Below are positions 22,109-25,366 of a stretch of DNA of 25,366 nucleotides, piece by piece. Made by a program: the position numbers and the translations under genes. The first letter of the stretch is position 1. Every line of letters begins with the position of its first letter. The stretch covers positions 1 through 25,366 of IMG/VR virus record IMGVR_UViG_3300008255_000446. The stretch is one strand, 5' to 3'. The stretch is from a virus (lineage: Duplodnaviria > Caudoviricetes). The notes below the pieces were generated by a model. It had not been told where the DNA came from. It did not search any database and saw only the letters and a list, made by a program, of their open reading frames with translations.

Positions 22109-25100
22109 ATGACCGAATTCCGGATCCAGGTCGTTGTCGACCCCGCCCGGGTGCCGCAGGGTGCCCGGAGGGTCGAGCGTGCGTTGGGCCGGATCGAGGG
22201 GCGCGCGGTCAACACGCAGAAGCTCCTGCGTGACCTCTTCGCGTTCGCCGGCATCGGCGTCGCCATCCGTCAGGTCTTCGAGTTTGCCGACTCATTCACG
22301 AACCTGCAGAACCGACTGCGGGTCGTGACCGACGGGCAGCGCGAGCTGGGTCATGTGACCGAGGCGGTTCTCGGAGTCGCCAACCGTTCGCGCTCGAGCT
22401 TCGAGGCGACCGCCGAGCTCTACTCCCGACTCGCGCTCGCGACGCGCGATCTCGGACGTGACAGCGGCGAGCTGCTTCAGGTCACCGAGTCGATCAACAA
22501 GGCGATCATCCTCTCCGGTGCGAGCGCGAAGGAGGCGAATAACGGCCTCATCCAGCTCGCGCAAGGCATCGCGTCGAACCGACTCGGTGGTGACGAGCTG
22601 CGCTCCACGCTCGAGCAGCTTCCGGTCGTGGCCGACGTCATCGCCAGGCATCTTGGCGTAACGCGCGGAGAACTGCGTGTGCTCGGTGCCGAGGGCGCCA
22701 TCACCGCGGACGTCATCCTGAAGGGCTTCGAGAGCGCGCGCGAGGAGATCGAGGCCCGATTCGCCAAGACGGTGCCGACCCTCTCGCAGAGCTTCACCGT
22801 CCTGCGGAACAACGTGATCGCCTTCATCGGCGAGCTGAACGAGTCGACGCGCGTCACGCGGACCCTCGGGGACGCGATGCGCTTCCTCGGCGAGAACCTG
22901 CAGACGGTCGTGCGCCTCCTAGTGCTGGCCGGCGCTGCATTCGGAGCGCTCCGCCTCGGCCCGATCGTCCAGCGGTTCTTCGAGCTCCAGGCGGCCGTGA
23001 AGGCTGGGACCGTCGTGCTCCTGGGATCAACCAAGGCGGCCAAGATGAAGGCCGAGTTCGATCTGCTCCAGGCGCAGGGCAACGTGGCCGTGATCGACTC
23101 CGAGCGGATCAAGGCCGAGGCCGTGGTCACGGCCACCGCGGCCGAGCTCGATCAGACCAGGGCGTCGCTCGACAGCATCCAGGCCACGGAGTCCAAGGTC
23201 GCCATCCAGGCCCTCGCCGCGAGGGCGAACCTCGAAGCTGCCCAGGCGGCCGAGGCGCAGGCTCTCGCGGACCGGCAGAATGTCGCCCTCTCGGGCACGC
23301 TGGCCGATGTGCGCACGCGCATCGCCATCCTGGATGCGGACCTGGCCGCCACGCGAGCGAACACGGCCGTCGCGACCGAGGCGCTCACGGCTGCGGAGTC
23401 TCGGCTGGCGGTCGCGCAGGGTGCCGTAGCGGACACCGCCCTCCTGGTGACCATCAACGAGGATCGCCTCGCCATCTCCCACGCGTCCGCTGCTCGAGCT
23501 GTGGAGGCGCAGGCGGCCGCGGAGGTGCGGCTGGCCGGTGCCACCGCTGCGTCGAACGTCCATGCCAACATCTTCACGCGAACGCTGGCACGGATTCGTG
23601 GCGGCCTGGTCGCGCTGCTTCGCTTCCTCCGCAGCGTCGGAGGCATCTTCACGATCTTCGTGACTGCCTCCGCCGGCCTCATCCTGTTCCGCGACGAGAT
23701 CAAGCTCACGTCGGACGGAGCCGCCACCCTGGGCGACCTGTTCACCGAGCTGGGACGACAGATCGAGGTCGCCCTGTCGACCATCAGGGATGCGATCGTT
23801 GACGTCTTCGGGGATCTCGTCACTCCGATCATTGAGTTCATCGACGAGTTCGACTTTCAGTTTCGCGACATCCCCCTGTTCGTGGCATCGGTCTTCGATA
23901 GCGTACTTGGCATCGCGGCGGGGGTGCTCGCTTTCCTGGGCTCCTTGTTCCTGGATCTGCCGGACATCATCTCCCGCGGTTTTGTGCTGGGCGTGAACTT
24001 CGTGATCGGGGTGTTCGAGCTGCTGCCGCGCACGATACTCGCGATCGTGAAGACGATCTTCGGGATCCTTGGTGACTTCATCAAGGGAGTGCTAAATGCG
24101 GTCAGCAGCATCGGGGATGCGATCGTAGCGATCAAGGATCTCCGGTTTGGTGATGCTAGAAAGGCTGCTCTTGCGGCTGGTGCTGCCATCACGAAGGGAT
24201 TCAACGATGCCACGTCGGACATCGGGGGGCGCTTCCAGGACAACTTCGAGAACAACCTCTTCAACGGTCTGATACCTCGCCTCGAGGAACCGGCGGGTAA
24301 GACATTCACCGAGATCGGTGCCACGGCTGCAGCCGCATTCCAAGAGGCGGTCGGCACCAACGTCGTGACGAACTTCGTGCTGGGGCTGTTGGGCGGTGCT
24401 GAGGACCGTGCAGCCGAACGACTCGCGGCTGAGCAGGCCAAGGCCGCGGCCAAGGCCGAGCAGGAGCTCGCCGATTCGGTCGCCAAAACCGCCGAGGAGT
24501 TCGCCAAGCGCACCGCCTCTCTGAGGCTCGACAACCGTGTGCTCGCCGAGACGATCCGGTTCGGTGAGACGCGCGGCGAGCAGCTCCGCGAGATCTTCAC
24601 GATCAACGCCGAGCTCGCCGAAAAAGGTCTGCCGCTGCTCGAGCCGGACCAGAAGACCAATCTGCGTGACCTGATCGCGCGAAAACAGCAGCTCCAGCGC
24701 TTCCAGCAGATCGCCGAAGACCTCGTGCCGCTGCAGGTCAAGCTCGCCCAGCGGGAGCGGGACCTGCGCGACTCGCGCGACGAGGGCTTCCTCTCCGCCG
24801 AGCAGCTCGCCGAGGGCCTGCGTAGGCTCCGGCTCGAGGCGGCCGAGGCCGGTACGTCCATTCGTGACGGCCTGACTACCGGCGTCGCCGAGGCGCTGGA
24901 GGATCTGCGCGACCTACAGGAGACCACGAGCGAGGTCGTGACGGGCGCGTTCGAGTCCATCCAGGGCGCCATCGCGAACACGATCCGCGCGACCGGCGAA
25001 GCCCTGTTCGAGTTCTTCGACGAGGGCAAGTTCCGCGCGGAAGACCTGGCCGATGCGATCAAGGGGTTCTTCTTCGACGCGACCCAGGCGATCCTGCGGC

Positions 25101-25366
25101 AGCTCGAGGATCTCCTCGCGCAGCAGGCGCTCCTGTCCGCGACCGAGTTCGTGAAGGGCTTCATCGGCGGCGGGGGCGAGGAGGAGAGTCCGGCCGGAGC
25201 CGTCGACGACGCGGCCATGCTCGCGCAGCGGGAGGCCGTGGCGGCCCAGGAGCAGCTCGCGGCCGCCACACTGGAGAAAGCGACCGCGACGCTCGGGACC
25301 GCGGTCCCCATCCTGCAGGGCGGGGCGACGATCCTGAACACCGGCTCGACCACCCTGGGCCGGACC
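22109..25366 (+). CDS. Tape measure protein (partial, runs off the window)
   Basis: Own translation from ATG 22109: ADSFTNLQNRLRVVT...ATAELYSRL...SGASAKEANNGLIQLAQGIASNRLGGDELRSTLEQLP; the frame looked open wherever checked; presumably missing from the ORF track because it has no stop in the window. Confidence 0.93.
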   Translation, partial: MTEFRIQVVVDPARVPQGARRVERALGRIEGRAVNTQKLLRDLFAFAGIGVAIRQVFEFADSFTNLQNRLRVVTDGQRELGHVTEAVLGVANRSRSSFEATAELYSRLALATRDLGRDSGELLQVTESINKAIILSGASAKEANNGLIQLAQGIASNRLGGDELRSTLEQLPVVADVIARHLGVTRGELRVLGAEGAITADVILKGFESAREEIEARFAKTVPTLSQSFTVLRNNVIAFIGELNESTRVTRTLGDAMRFLGENLQTVVRLLVLAGAAFGALRLGPIVQRFFELQAAVKAGTVVLLGSTKAAKMKAEFDLLQAQGNVAVIDSERIKAEAVVTATAAELDQTRASLDSIQATESKVAIQALAARANLEAAQAAEAQALADRQNVALSGTLADVRTRIAILDADLAATRANTAVATEALTAAESRLAVAQGAVADTALLVTINEDRLAISHASAARAVEAQAAAEVRLAGATAASNVHANIFTRTLARIRGGLVALLRFLRSVGGIFTIFVTASAGLILFRDEIKLTSDGAATLGDLFTELGRQIEVALSTIRDAIVDVFGDLVTPIIEFIDEFDFQFRDIPLFVASVFDSVLGIAAGVLAFLGSLFLDLPDIISRGFVLGVNFVIGVFELLPRTILAIVKTIFGILGDFIKGVLNAVSSIGDAIVAIKDLRFGDARKAALAAGAAITKGFNDATSDIGGRFQDNFENNLFNGLIPRLEEPAGKTFTEIGATAAAAFQEAVGTNVVTNFVLGLLGGAEDRAAERLAAEQAKAAAKAEQELADSVAKTAEEFAKRTASLRLDNRVLAETIRFGETRGEQLREIFTINAELAEKGLPLLEPDQKTNLRDLIARKQQLQRFQQIAEDLVPLQVKLAQRERDLRDSRDEGFLSAEQLAEGLRRLRLEAAEAGTSIRDGLTTGVAEALEDLRDLQETTSEVVTGAFESIQGAIANTIRATGEALFEFFDEGKFRAEDLADAIKGFFFDATQAILRQLEDLLAQQALLSATEFVKGFIGGGGEEESPAGAVDDAAMLAQREAVAAQEQLAAATLEKATATLGTAVPILQGGATILNTGSTTLGRT

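Overview
About 25 kb of a high-GC tailed-phage genome (siphovirus-type: tail tube and tape measure, no sheath gene seen). Every credible gene is on the + strand. The left end holds unknown genes, one with a recent in-frame tandem duplication and one with a zincin-like HDxxH...ExxAN motif. Next is a ~930-bp non-coding region dense in GGTGGCAC/CCTGGCAC repeats and palindromes (candidate origin, terminus or res locus). It is followed by an apparently leaderless operon encoding a small HTH protein and a small serine recombinase. The late region runs: TerS, a Cys-rich mini-gene, TerL with a 330-aa Ala-1 class-3 LAGLIDADG intein in its P-loop, a GIY-YIG/NUMOD3 remnant, portal, a four-gene fibre/BppU-like cassette, a second GIY-YIG remnant, head-tail adaptor, head closure, minor head protein, XkdF-like protease, protease/scaffold with a nested start, decoration protein, major capsid, a coiled-coil protein, neck, tail terminator, tail tube, two tail chaperone ORFs in a +1/-2 frame relationship, and a tape measure gene running off the window. 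All calls come from motif recognition and gene order; no database searches were run.
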